Positions 1-8,377 are shown, counted from the first letter of the stretch. The stretch: 15,529 nt of DNA from Nitrospinota bacterium (GCA_038108555.1 JAYNIA010000055.1:1-15529), one strand, 5' to 3'. Notes: generated by a model from the letters alone, not told the origin. A program made the numbers and translations.

Positions 1-65
1 CTGTAAAAACCCATTTTTCACGTGCGATAACAGCGCTACGAGAGAGCTTGAAGGAATATGAGTAA
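1..65 (+). CDS. ECF sigma-70 family factor, C-terminal end (partial)
   Basis: Frame 3 reads VKTHFSRAITALRESLKEYE* (TAA 63-65), matching the region 4.2 motif of ECF sigma factors (VKTHxSRA). The stop overlaps the ATG of an anti-sigma-like gene (ATGAGTAA, 58-65). Confidence 0.8.
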   Translation, partial: VKTHFSRAITALRESLKEYE

Positions 66-405
66 AAAAGAACAGGAATTTTTAGATTTTGCGCGTAACA
101 GATTAAATCAAGGGGTGGAAGACCTGGACCCGGACACCCGGCACAAGTTGATATCCATGCGAAACCGGGCTATGAACATCCGTGAAACCAAAAGCTGGTT
201 CCCACAATGGGCTCCTCTTCCTGCCATGGGTCTGTTGACTGCGGCTCTGTTTTTTATTCTTGTTTATGTCAAGCCCTCATCCCTATCAAAACCGGACACA
301 GGCCTGGAAGATTTAGAGATGCTTGCATCTGCCGATCAACTGGAGCTCTATGAAAACCTTGAATTCTATGATTGGCTTGCCAACCAAAATAATGAAACCG
401 GTTAA
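58..405 (+). CDS. Putative anti-sigma factor, DUF3619-like single-pass membrane protein
   Basis: N-terminal helical segment (LDPDTRHKLISMRNRAM), one TM helix (LPAMGLLTAALFFILVYV) and a C-terminal DLEML...LELYENLEFYDWL motif. Lies directly after an ECF sigma gene. Confidence 0.75.
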   Translation: MSKKEQEFLDFARNRLNQGVEDLDPDTRHKLISMRNRAMNIRETKSWFPQWAPLPAMGLLTAALFFILVYVKPSSLSKPDTGLEDLEMLASADQLELYENLEFYDWLANQNNETG

Positions 406-637
406 AAAACTAATCATGGTTGCTTTATTTTTATTCTCCTGCCTCCCGAACATATATGCCGGGGAGCCAGAGGAGGCTGAAAAAACACCCGCGGAACAGG
501 AGCAAGAAACACCATCTCTGGATTTTCTGGAATTCCTGTGTGAGTGGGAAACAGAAGAGGGAGATTGGATTGCTCCAGAAGATTTAGAAAATATGCCACT
601 TGATGAAAATGGAAATAATGATACCAAAAATGAATAA
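392..637 (+). CDS. Small acidic exported protein (81 aa)
   Basis: Start reassigned to ATG 392, overlapping the previous gene, which gives a signal peptide (MKPVKKLIMVALFLFSCLPNIYA). The mature part is very acidic, with the motif PSLDFLEFLCEWETEEGDWIAPEDL. Confidence 0.7.
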   Translation: MKPVKKLIMVALFLFSCLPNIYAGEPEEAEKTPAEQEQETPSLDFLEFLCEWETEEGDWIAPEDLENMPLDENGNNDTKNE

Positions 638-1337
638 ATCATTTTGGGTGGGGCTACTCCTGCTTTTTATCGCGGCCATTCCTGCAAAAAGCTGGTCGCA
701 AGAAAATGGTGCGGCTTGGAACTCATTGACCCCGGAAGAAAAAAAAATCCTTGCTCCTGCCAAAGATAAATGGCAAACGTTGCCGGCTGAGAAACGGGAA
801 AAGCTCAGAAAAGGAGCTCGCCGCTGGAATAAACTGGACCCGGAAAAAAAGCAAAACTTTAAGAACCGATTTAAAGATTGGCAAAAAAAATCCCCTGAGC
901 AACGGCGGAAAATAAGAAACCGTTTTAAAGAGTTTCAAAGCCTTCCATCGGAAGACAAAAAAGCCCTGCGGGAATCGAGAAAAAGATTCAGACAACTCTC
1001 TCCTGATAAGCAGAATAGATTACGAAATCGTTTCAAAAATATGACCCCTGCGGAAAGAAAAAAATTTCGTCAGCGGTTAAAGGAGAAACGAAAGAATAAA
1101 AAGGGCAAATCTGCCCGCGAAAAGGAAAAAATCAGGGAAAACCGGAATAACCGAAAAAGCGAAGGCTTAAAAAAGGAAAAGGCTACGAGAAGAAATACAG
1201 CGCGTCCGCAGCAAAACCGAAGAAATTCCAACGTTAAAAACCGGTCTCTGGAAAAGAATCGAAGGTCTACCAACATGCCGCATCGGTCACGCGGAAATGC
1301 AAACCAGAGGCACCCCAATCAAAGAAGAAATCGATAG
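630..1337 (+). CDS. DUF3106-like exported helical-repeat protein with basic disordered tail
   Basis: Start reassigned to ATG 630 (ATGAATAA overlap). Signal peptide, then seven mostly 18-aa repeats beginning (W/F)xx(L/M/K)(T/P/D/S), e.g. WNSLTPEEKKIL and FRQLSPDKQNRL, then an R/K/N-rich tail. Confidence 0.8.
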   Translation: MNKSFWVGLLLLFIAAIPAKSWSQENGAAWNSLTPEEKKILAPAKDKWQTLPAEKREKLRKGARRWNKLDPEKKQNFKNRFKDWQKKSPEQRRKIRNRFKEFQSLPSEDKKALRESRKRFRQLSPDKQNRLRNRFKNMTPAERKKFRQRLKEKRKNKKGKSAREKEKIRENRNNRKSEGLKKEKATRRNTARPQQNRRNSNVKNRSLEKNRRSTNMPHRSRGNANQRHPNQRRNR

Positions 1338-1502
1338 GCAATACCCATCTAATAGCCGCACTAATTCAAGCTGTGAAGCGGAATCTGCAAAATTAGAACC
1401 AAAGTTTTGACGGCTCATGCAGGAATTCTAACGAATCCAGAAGCAAAAACAGCTCCAAAACCACGCTAAAAAATCGACATTCCTCCTTGTTCTATAAGGA
1501 GT

Positions 1503-1515
1503 TATCAACTTTTTG
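1503..1515 (+). promoter_or_regulatory. IHF binding site
   Basis: TATCAA-CTTT-TTG is an exact match to the consensus WATCAAnnnnTTR, 15 bp upstream of a sigma54 motif. Confidence 0.6.
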
Positions 1516-1530
1516 CAGGTCAAATTAAGT

Positions 1531-1547
1531 TTGGCATAAAACTTGCC
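1531..1547 (+). promoter_or_regulatory. Sigma54 (-24/-12) promoter
   Basis: TTGGCATAAAACTTGCC has GG-N10-GC spacing with TGGCA and TTGC boxes. It is intergenic and oriented toward ORF 1612-1761. Confidence 0.75.
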
Positions 1548-1611
1548 GTTAAGGGTTAATAGGAAATGAAATATTTTGCTTAACCCACTAAACAGGAAGG
1601 TCAAAAATACC

Positions 1612-1761
1612 ATGGAAAAGGTAAAAGTTTCGTACCCCGTTATTGATGAAATCGTAGATTCAGAAAAAACTTCTCAATCCGAATCGTTCGTATTAAAAAG
1701 CATTGCAGCATCTTTTGCAGGAGCTTCCATTCCAGCGGCCATATTTTATTTTTTGATGTAA
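1612..1761 (+). CDS. Small protein (49 aa) with C-terminal hydrophobic anchor
   Basis: ATG 1612 is preceded by purine-rich AGGAAGG and a sigma54 promoter. The C-terminus FVLKSIAASFAGASIPAAIFYFLM is hydrophobic. Confidence 0.65.
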   Translation: MEKVKVSYPVIDEIVDSEKTSQSESFVLKSIAASFAGASIPAAIFYFLM

Positions 1762-1786
1762 TTTAAAATATCCTGGAAAAAAGAAG

Positions 1787-2641
1787 CTACTCGTAGTCCA
1801 CTTTTAAGAAGACTTTTCTTGATTCTTTCTTATCGGTTGAATTGCGTTGCCCTATTCCGGCGTCTGCCCCTTTCATCCCCTGGGTTAAACCGCCGAGCTC
1901 CATCCATTCTCCTACTCTTCCCTTTACTACCGTATTAATTCCAAAGTTTTCGATTTGTTCTCCATTAAGCTTCGATTTCTGCGGAGATACCTCCAGGAAA
2001 ACATGATTGCCTTTCAAGCGTGGTATTACCGTCAAGCCCGTTCGCACGTCCTGATAACGAATGGTTTCCACCTCAGAAATGGAGTTAAAAGAACGGAGAT
2101 TTCTTCTTTCTGTGACTGGAATTGATTGCGTAACATGAATCAGCGCAGGCCGACCTTCAAGGGTAATCACAACTTGAGTATCTGTTTCATCCATTTCACG
2201 CATTCTATCAAGAATTCGGGCCTCAATCTCTGCATCGCTCATATCATTATTGAGGATCACTCTATTTGATCCGGATTCACCAATTATCACGCGACCATTT
2301 TTACCCAGAGGGACTCTGGCAGAGATCGACCTTTCCTTTTCATTTAGCTTGAGCCTTGTCCCCTGCTTGACCGTTATCTTTAAATTTTTTAAAGCAGAAT
2401 CCAGATGTCTGAGAACTTCTTTAGCCTCTTTCAAAGCCTGAGGGGAAGCTCTTATAATGAGTCGACCCTGCGTACCAGTGACCGTACCCCGTTTTCCCAG
2501 TACCGACCGAATGGTTGGGATCACTTCTTCTACAAATCGGTTTTTGAGAGGGATTATTTCCAGTTTTTTTTGTGCGGCAACTGGACTCGTCGTCCAAATA
2601 CAAAAGATGAGAAAAAGAATTAAAACTTTAAAACATCTCAT
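1787..2641 (-). CDS. Short secretin-like protein (secretin N/NolW-like domain plus beta-rich C-terminal part)
   Basis: Start reassigned to ATG 2641, giving signal peptide MRCFKVLILFLIFCIWTTSPVAA. LEIIPLKNR...VIPTIR...RLIIRASPQALKEAKEVLRHLD is secretin-N-like. The C-terminal TLEGRPALI, GLTVIPRL and GEWMELGG segments resemble the secretin core. Confidence 0.75.
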   Translation of the reverse strand: MRCFKVLILFLIFCIWTTSPVAAQKKLEIIPLKNRFVEEVIPTIRSVLGKRGTVTGTQGRLIIRASPQALKEAKEVLRHLDSALKNLKITVKQGTRLKLNEKERSISARVPLGKNGRVIIGESGSNRVILNNDMSDAEIEARILDRMREMDETDTQVVITLEGRPALIHVTQSIPVTERRNLRSFNSISEVETIRYQDVRTGLTVIPRLKGNHVFLEVSPQKSKLNGEQIENFGINTVVKGRVGEWMELGGLTQGMKGADAGIGQRNSTDKKESRKVFLKVDYE

Positions 2642-2651
2642 GAAGTTGTGG

Positions 2652-3170
2652 TTACCGATAGAAAGGCCAGAAAGGGGCGTAGGCATTGGGTCGATACCAG
2701 GGGTCCCAATAAGGAGGATAAAAATACGGGTTGCGCTCAATATCATCCAGTAGTTTAATTTCTTCTGCTTCTATGACGGGGTATTCGAATGGTCTCTCAC
2801 CCACTTTTCCCATTCGGGTTCCCCTAACCTTACCGGCCCCGGTTATTCCCCTTCCCTTGGAATAAATTTCAGGTTCCAAAAAACCTTTATTGAAAAATAT
2901 AAAACGTCCTCCCGTCTGATCCCCCGCTTCCGGGTAACCGGTAAAATCAATTTCCTTTTGCACCACTTCCACCTCTGTTCCTTCTGGAAGGGCACGGGTT
3001 TCTACAATGACTCCCCCAAACATGACTCTTTTTCCTATAAATTCCTCAGGCGTTTCAAGAAGCCGTTCAAAAGTGATAGTCGAATCGATTTCCTCACGCA
3101 TTTCTGTGGACATGGGATGAGCACAACTCATTAAGCTGATGAGACAAAGTATTAAAACCGGAAATTTCAT
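2652..3170 (-). CDS. slp: Slp family outer membrane lipoprotein
   Basis: Lipobox LMSC. Slp-type motifs GKRVMFGGVIV, GGRF...GFLEPEIYSKGR and YPVI. Pro/Tyr/Trp-rich tail. Confidence 0.85.
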   Translation of the reverse strand: MKFPVLILCLISLMSCAHPMSTEMREEIDSTITFERLLETPEEFIGKRVMFGGVIVETRALPEGTEVEVVQKEIDFTGYPEAGDQTGGRFIFFNKGFLEPEIYSKGRGITGAGKVRGTRMGKVGERPFEYPVIEAEEIKLLDDIERNPYFYPPYWDPWYRPNAYAPFWPFYR

Positions 3171-3179
3171 AACAAAAAT

Positions 3180-3719
3180 TTATGAATAATTTCTAAATCT
3201 ACGTTTTTGAATGCGTGGAACAGATTTCAGGAAATCCTGAAATCCGTTCAATCCATCTTCCACATACCCCTCAAAATCATTTGTATTCATTTTTGAGATT
3301 ACCTTAGGCCGCGCTTTAATCTTGCTGCCAAACTTAAGGAATTTAGCAAAGTTAGCCCTGCACTCATCCACGAAACGGTTAAAATCATGGTCCACTGCCA
3401 ATCGCGCAGAATAAAATCGCTTATAGGTTTTTTGTCTCTGGCAAACAAGCTCTTCACTTTTAAACTTAATATGCTTTTCCTCTTTTTTCCTTAAAATCCT
3501 CTCATAAGCCTGCCGCCTTTTATCATCACTCAAAAAGTTATAGGCGACGGTGGTTAAGACAAATTTCTGTTCCTCTTCCTCCGTAGCCATATCACGGTCA
3601 GGATGATACTTTAATGCCAACTTTCTATATCCTGTTTTTATCTCCTCCTTACTTGCATAGGTTTTGACTCCCAGCAAATGGTAGAGATTATAGGATTTCA
3701 GGACGGCAGGATATCTCAT
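3180..3719 (-). CDS. J-domain protein (class C-like) with unrecognised C-terminal domain
   Basis: YHLLGV...EIKTGYRKLALKYHPD...AYNFLSD with an intact HPD motif. No G/F region or zinc finger. Confidence 0.85.
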   Translation of the reverse strand: MRYPAVLKSYNLYHLLGVKTYASKEEIKTGYRKLALKYHPDRDMATEEEEQKFVLTTVAYNFLSDDKRRQAYERILRKKEEKHIKFKSEELVCQRQKTYKRFYSARLAVDHDFNRFVDECRANFAKFLKFGSKIKARPKVISKMNTNDFEGYVEDGLNGFQDFLKSVPRIQKRRFRNYS

Positions 3720-3807
3720 TCATCAAACCCTAACATATTAATAATCAAACAAATATTCGGTACCCAAATTATACACCTTTACCATAAAAATATAATAAAA
3801 TCCTCAT

Positions 3808-4509
3808 ATGATTGAACTGGGTATCGTAATTTTAATATTGGCAGCTTTTTCCTTTCCCGTTTATATATCGGCAGGATGCCTGGGTTTATATACCACCTGG
3901 TTCATGCTTTCGTGTTACGAATCGTTAAAAAACCAGCCCTTAGAAGGGAAAAAGGTTCTCTACAGCACATTATTTGCCTTCCTGATAAATTTAGTAATCA
4001 GTTTAGGTCTGTCTTTTACCCTGGCCTTCTTAATTTTTTATATTATTTTTGACTATTATTATTTATTTATTTTTAACCTTTTATTTTGTTTCTTCATTTC
4101 CATTCGCTGGTTTAACTTTTCCTATAAAATTTTCCAGTGGATGGTCGGCGGCCGAACGAACAATACCCCCGATAGCAATAAATTCTTCGCCATTTGCAAA
4201 GGATTAAAAAAGAATTCCGGCTTGAGATTAACCCCGGCATTTACTGACGCAGGTTTTATAAAGAAGGAAGGAGATCAATTATCCTTTAACGGGACCTTTT
4301 ATAATAGTATTTTTAGATCAAAAAACATTTTAAGCCTTGAGAAAAAAAGCTCAGAAAAAATTCGCATTCACACACAATCTAATTTTCCTGATGAACCCAG
4401 CGAATTTTTAATTATTTTAAAAAATCAGTTTTATCCCTTTAGAAGCCGAAAAGACAGAGACATGCTCTTCGACTTTCTTTCATCCAAATTAAACACTTCA
4501 ACAGCATAA
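3808..4509 (+). CDS. Hypothetical membrane protein (about 3-4 N-terminal TM helices, soluble C-terminal domain)
   Basis: 233-aa ORF with a strongly hydrophobic first 110 aa. No family recognised. Confidence 0.75.
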   Translation: MIELGIVILILAAFSFPVYISAGCLGLYTTWFMLSCYESLKNQPLEGKKVLYSTLFAFLINLVISLGLSFTLAFLIFYIIFDYYYLFIFNLLFCFFISIRWFNFSYKIFQWMVGGRTNNTPDSNKFFAICKGLKKNSGLRLTPAFTDAGFIKKEGDQLSFNGTFYNSIFRSKNILSLEKKSSEKIRIHTQSNFPDEPSEFLIILKNQFYPFRSRKDRDMLFDFLSSKLNTSTA

Positions 4510-4544
4510 TTTTTTTAAATCCCAAAATACAATAGAGGTCTCCG

Positions 4545-5003
4545 ATGGTCATTACCCTAGCTGATCGCAACTGCGTTCAGGAACTTGCCAATTTATTCAA
4601 CAAGTACAGAATATTTTATGGAGAAGAAACCAACCTTAAAGAGGTAGAGAAGTTTTTAGAGTCACGTTTTAAAAATGATGACTCGGTATTAATAATTGCC
4701 CGGGATAAGACCAAAATGAGTGGGTTCATTCAACTTTATCCCAGTTTTTCTTCTGTAGGGATGCAGAGAATATGGATTTTGAATGATTTATATGTGGATG
4801 TTGAATTTCGGAGAAAAAAGGTAGCGAGCAACCTTTTGAAGGAGGCGGAGAAATTTGCGCAAAAAACCGGTGCGCTACGTTTAGAACTGGCCACACAAAC
4901 AACCAATACCGCCGCACAAAATCTATATGAGTCCCTGGGCTATATAAAGAATAAAGATTTTTTCCATTACAGCTTCCCCATTAAATCTGCCTCCTCGAAT
5001 TAA
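4545..5003 (+). CDS. GNAT family N-acetyltransferase
   Basis: GFIQLYPSFSS, WILNDLYV, acetyl-CoA motif A variant (FRRKKVASNLL) and NTAAQNLYESLGY. RBS GAGGT upstream. Confidence 0.92.
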   Translation: MVITLADRNCVQELANLFNKYRIFYGEETNLKEVEKFLESRFKNDDSVLIIARDKTKMSGFIQLYPSFSSVGMQRIWILNDLYVDVEFRRKKVASNLLKEAEKFAQKTGALRLELATQTTNTAAQNLYESLGYIKNKDFFHYSFPIKSASSN

Positions 5004-5008
5004 GTTAA

Positions 5009-5037
5009 TTGAATCAATGGCTTCAAAGGGATAAAAT
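5009..5037 (+). promoter_or_regulatory. Candidate sigma70 promoter for the dnaJ-like operon
   Basis: TTGAAT-N17-TAAAAT in the intergenic region. Confidence 0.45.
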
Positions 5038-5083
5038 ACCTAACGTTAACTTACTAGACCTATAAACCTCGCACCAAAATATC

Positions 5084-6004
5084 ATGGCCCAAAAAACCAA
5101 CCGGGATTATTACAAAATTCTGGGCGTTACAACCAAAACTCCAAAAAGCGAGCTTAAAAAAAAATATCGTGAACTGGCCAAAAAATATCATCCTGATTCC
5201 AACAAAGGGAGTAAGGAAGCTGAAGATAAATTTAAAATAGTTTCAGAAGCCTATGAAATTTTAAGCGATGCTAAAAAACGGAAAGAATACGATCGCCAAA
5301 GAAGTTATAAGAAACAGTCAAGACCTCGCTCATCGGCACGTCCCAACTGGGCACAGGATCCTCCGGGAGGATTTGGAGGGGGTCCCCGTCAAAACGAACA
5401 AACGTATCAGGAACCCTTTGCGGCTGAACCGGAACCCATCGATCCGGACATGCCAACAAGTGGATTTGACCTGCAGTTTATTATCGATGTTCCCCTTCCT
5501 ATTGTGGCATTGGGGGGCACTCTACCATACAGCTATGAAAAATACGTCAAATGTCAGGATTGCGATGGTACCGGAACCCAGGGTGATGATGAATGCCCGA
5601 CCTGTCAGGGAAAACAGCTTGTCGTCCGTTCAGTTAATCTTAATGTAAAAATCCCTCCCGGGGTTGCCGACCAGTATACGTTGGCTATCATTAAAGAAGG
5701 AGGCGATGGAAGAAATGGCGGCCCACCTGGCGATTTGTTTTTAAAAATAAACACACAGCCCCACCCTGATTTCAAACGAGTTAAAAATGATATCGTCAGT
5801 CAAGTGACGATCCCCAGAAAACTCGCCAATGAAGGTGGTCCTTTTGAAGTCAAGACTTTGAACGGAACAAAAATGATCGAAGTCGAAGAAGGAACGCTGA
5901 TTGGGGAAGAACTGAGGATTCGTGGCGAAGGAGCGGCAATCAACTGGGGTAAGAAAAGAGGAGATTTGATCATTAAATTCGATATTGAGGAAGATGATTC
6001 GTGA
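5084..6004 (+). CDS. DnaJ-like co-chaperone (J domain, short G/P linker, reduced zinc finger, DnaJ C-terminal domain)
   Basis: DYYKILGV...KYHPD...AYEILSD J domain. Two CxxCxG motifs. VKIPPGV, GGPPGDL and RGDLII motifs of the C-terminal domain. Confidence 0.9.
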   Translation: MAQKTNRDYYKILGVTTKTPKSELKKKYRELAKKYHPDSNKGSKEAEDKFKIVSEAYEILSDAKKRKEYDRQRSYKKQSRPRSSARPNWAQDPPGGFGGGPRQNEQTYQEPFAAEPEPIDPDMPTSGFDLQFIIDVPLPIVALGGTLPYSYEKYVKCQDCDGTGTQGDDECPTCQGKQLVVRSVNLNVKIPPGVADQYTLAIIKEGGDGRNGGPPGDLFLKINTQPHPDFKRVKNDIVSQVTIPRKLANEGGPFEVKTLNGTKMIEVEEGTLIGEELRIRGEGAAINWGKKRGDLIIKFDIEEDDS

Positions 6005-6261
6005 GTTTCTTTTTGATTACCGTTTCACTGGCTGCGGTTGTTGGTTATATATTATGGGTTCTATTCAAACCTAAAAAGAAACCTGCCAAAAAAAAAGCAG
6101 GCCTCAAAAGGAAAGCTGATCCTAAAAAAGTTTCCGCGAAAAAAAAGCAGGAAGCCCTCGCCTCAGTCACCGACCAGATACGCAACAAAAAAACGGACCT
6201 GATGAAAAAAGATCCCGAAACAATAAGTCGCGTAGTCCGGCTATGGTTGAACGAAAAATAG
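6001..6261 (+). CDS. Small membrane-anchored basic protein with FliF-C-terminus-like tail
   Basis: GTG start overlaps the upstream stop (GTGA). N-terminal TM helix, Lys-rich linker, ends [17 protein letters not shown]. Confidence 0.7.
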   Translation: MSFFLITVSLAAVVGYILWVLFKPKKKPAKKKAGLKRKADPKKVSAKKKQEALASVTDQIRNKKTDLMKKDPETISRVVRLWLNEK

Positions 6262-6322
6262 ATGGGTTTTTTAAAACTGGAATAATTAAAAAGCCGAGGG
6301 AAGGAAAACCGAGTTGAGAAAA

Positions 6323-7069
6323 TCAACCGCCTTTTCTTTTTCTTACTTCAGCCGCATGGGCTTTCGCACGCTTCAACATTGCCGCTCTTTCTTCTGATGA
6401 GAAGTCTTTGCGGGGCGTCGGTCCGGGAACAAAATTTCCGGAAGCCTTTTTAGCAGGTGCCGGCGCAGCTTCCGCAGCGGGAGCATCGGCTGCAGGAGCC
6501 TCAGCTTCTTTGGCTGTAGCAGGGGCTGGCGCTGCAGATTTTTCGGCTGCTTCACCTTCTTTTCTCACCAGACGCATTGAAGACCAAACATCCGTTGTTG
6601 GATAAGGAGTATCCAGGCCAATTTTTAAATCCATCCGGATTATTTTTTCATCGGAGCATTCGCTGATCCAGGTATTGGAAGCACCGCCTGGAGCAAAAAT
6701 GGGATCAATCGGATAATACGTACCATTTTTATCCATCAACTGCTTCACTCCTGACTTGTCAAACAGAGTCAAAGCTTCAGCTTTTGTAGGAATTCGCCAG
6801 TTATCATATCCCCCGAACTGATCTTTATTTGTGTTCACCCAGTCAACATATTCCTGATGACCCTGCCAGGTATAAAACTGCCTTTTATCCAACCAGGCAT
6901 CCGTCTTTTTCCAAGTCAAACCGGAATTGGGATCGGTAATGGTACCGTCTTCATTGTCAACGAGGGGGTCACCTACTGGACCGGCTTTTTTGGCTGCTTC
7001 TGCTTTTTGTGCAGCTTTTAGCTTTGCCTTTTCCGCTGGGGAAAGCTGTTTTTCATCTGTTTCTGCCAT
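6323..7069 (-). CDS. DUF1566 (Lcl C-terminal-like) domain protein with Ala/Pro/Lys-rich tails
   Basis: DNEDGTITDPNSGLTW and GGYDNWRIPTKAEALTL signature motifs. No signal peptide evident. Confidence 0.85.
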   Translation of the reverse strand: MAETDEKQLSPAEKAKLKAAQKAEAAKKAGPVGDPLVDNEDGTITDPNSGLTWKKTDAWLDKRQFYTWQGHQEYVDWVNTNKDQFGGYDNWRIPTKAEALTLFDKSGVKQLMDKNGTYYPIDPIFAPGGASNTWISECSDEKIIRMDLKIGLDTPYPTTDVWSSMRLVRKEGEAAEKSAAPAPATAKEAEAPAADAPAAEAAPAPAKKASGNFVPGPTPRKDFSSEERAAMLKRAKAHAAEVRKRKGG

Positions 7070-7095
7070 CTTTGGGTACGCTGTATCTTAGAGGG

Positions 7096-7353
7096 TTAAA
7101 CGCCTTCTAGAATTTCGCTCAAATCTTTTCCTGAATTGGAAAGGGTTTTCAATATTTCTCCCAGCTTGGAAGCCGGGAATACACCCAGACGCGTTTGAAA
7201 ATCGGACCGATAGTCCGCCGCATTTTTACGGATCCAATCCACAGCAATCTGTTCCTGCGCTTCCTTGTTCTGGTTAGCGCATTTTTTATCCAGCAGATTG
7301 GTCTGGGATAACCGTATGATCTCACAAATCAAATCTTCTTTGACCTGGCTCAT
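7096..7353 (-). CDS. Hypothetical protein (85 aa, helical)
   Basis: Compact ORF 26 bp upstream of the DUF1566 gene on the same strand. ATG 7353 is preferred over GTG 7395, but the start is uncertain. Confidence 0.7.
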   Translation of the reverse strand: MSQVKEDLICEIIRLSQTNLLDKKCANQNKEAQEQIAVDWIRKNAADYRSDFQTRLGVFPASKLGEILKTLSNSGKDLSEILEGV

Positions 7354-7413
7354 ACTATCAATTTTAACACGAAATTGAACGAAGGGCTCAATCACAAGCC
7401 TTAAAAAGACGCC

Positions 7414-7442
7414 ACTCTATAATGGATTTTATAGCTTGTCAA
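7414..7442 (-). promoter_or_regulatory. Candidate sigma70 promoter
   Basis: Minus strand reads TTGACA-N17-TAGAGT. Confidence 0.55.
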
Positions 7443-7560
7443 CGCGATATTTCTCAACTTATATAAACCATTATAATACAATAACTTAATAAATTTTTTA
7501 GTCCTAAAAACCGCTTTTTTTATATTTTTATCCTATTCAACCCGCATCCCGAAATAAAGG

Positions 7561-8373
7561 TCACTGCTTGCCTGTTTGTGACCGGGGATCGAGGTACTCC
7601 CGCAACCCTTCCCCAAGAAAATTAAATGAGAGGATCGTAAAAAATATTGCCAGCGAGGGGAACAAAATTAAATGGGGATAAAATTTAATCGCCGTCCAGC
7701 CGTCGCTTGCCAAAGTTCCCCAACTACTTGCGGGAGGAGCAATTCCCAGACCAATGAAACTCAAGGTAGACTCTGCCAGAATCGCAACAGGAACCCTGAA
7801 ACTAAGAGTCACTACAAGAATTCCCAATATGTTGGGAAAGATCTCTTTCATTAATACCCGAATATGGCTTGCACCCAATGCCCTGGCTGCCAAAACATAA
7901 GGGTACTCTCTTATCCTTAAAACCTCTCCACGCACCAGCCGGGCAATGGTCACCCAACTGACAAGAGTTAAAGCAATAAACACTCCTGTCACTCCACGCC
8001 CCATCAGTACCGTTATTAAAATGATCATTAAAAGATCAGGCAGTGCAAACAACACATCAACAACCCGCATCATCAGGTTATCAGTTCGGCCTCCCACATA
8101 ACCGGAAACCGCCCCATAAATCGTCCCGATGATCAATGCAAGTAAGGTTGAGAACACTCCCACGAATAAAGAAACCCGGGCACCATAGATCATGCGGGAT
8201 AAAAGATCCCTTCCAAGCTGATCGGTTCCCAGCCAATGTTCAACTCCTGGAAATGCAAGAATATTTAAAGTGTCTTGTTCCTGATAAGAGTAAGGCGCAA
8301 CCCAGGGGGCAAGAATGGAAACAAAAATAATAAGAAATAAAAAACCGGAACTGATTTTAAAAGAAACATTCAT
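7561..8373 (-). CDS. oppC: Oligopeptide/dipeptide ABC transporter permease, OppC/DppC
   Basis: HWLGTDQLGRDLLSRMIYGARVSL, EAA-loop variant YVLAARALGAS, and LSFIGLG. Confidence 0.93.
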   Translation of the reverse strand: MNVSFKISSGFLFLIIFVSILAPWVAPYSYQEQDTLNILAFPGVEHWLGTDQLGRDLLSRMIYGARVSLFVGVFSTLLALIIGTIYGAVSGYVGGRTDNLMMRVVDVLFALPDLLMIILITVLMGRGVTGVFIALTLVSWVTIARLVRGEVLRIREYPYVLAARALGASHIRVLMKEIFPNILGILVVTLSFRVPVAILAESTLSFIGLGIAPPASSWGTLASDGWTAIKFYPHLILFPSLAIFFTILSFNFLGEGLREYLDPRSQTGKQ

Positions 8374-8377
8374 TGTC

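Noticed and set aside
323..2746. Longest-ORF starts at 323, 600, 1576 and 2746
   Set aside because: Starts 323, 600 and 2746 give longer overlaps and bury signal peptides. Start 1576 lies upstream of the RBS-like site. Starts 392, 630, 1612 and 2641 fit better.
6440..6560. GC-rich repetitive tract
   Set aside because: Explained by the Ala/Pro-rich linker of the DUF1566 protein, not a DNA repeat element.
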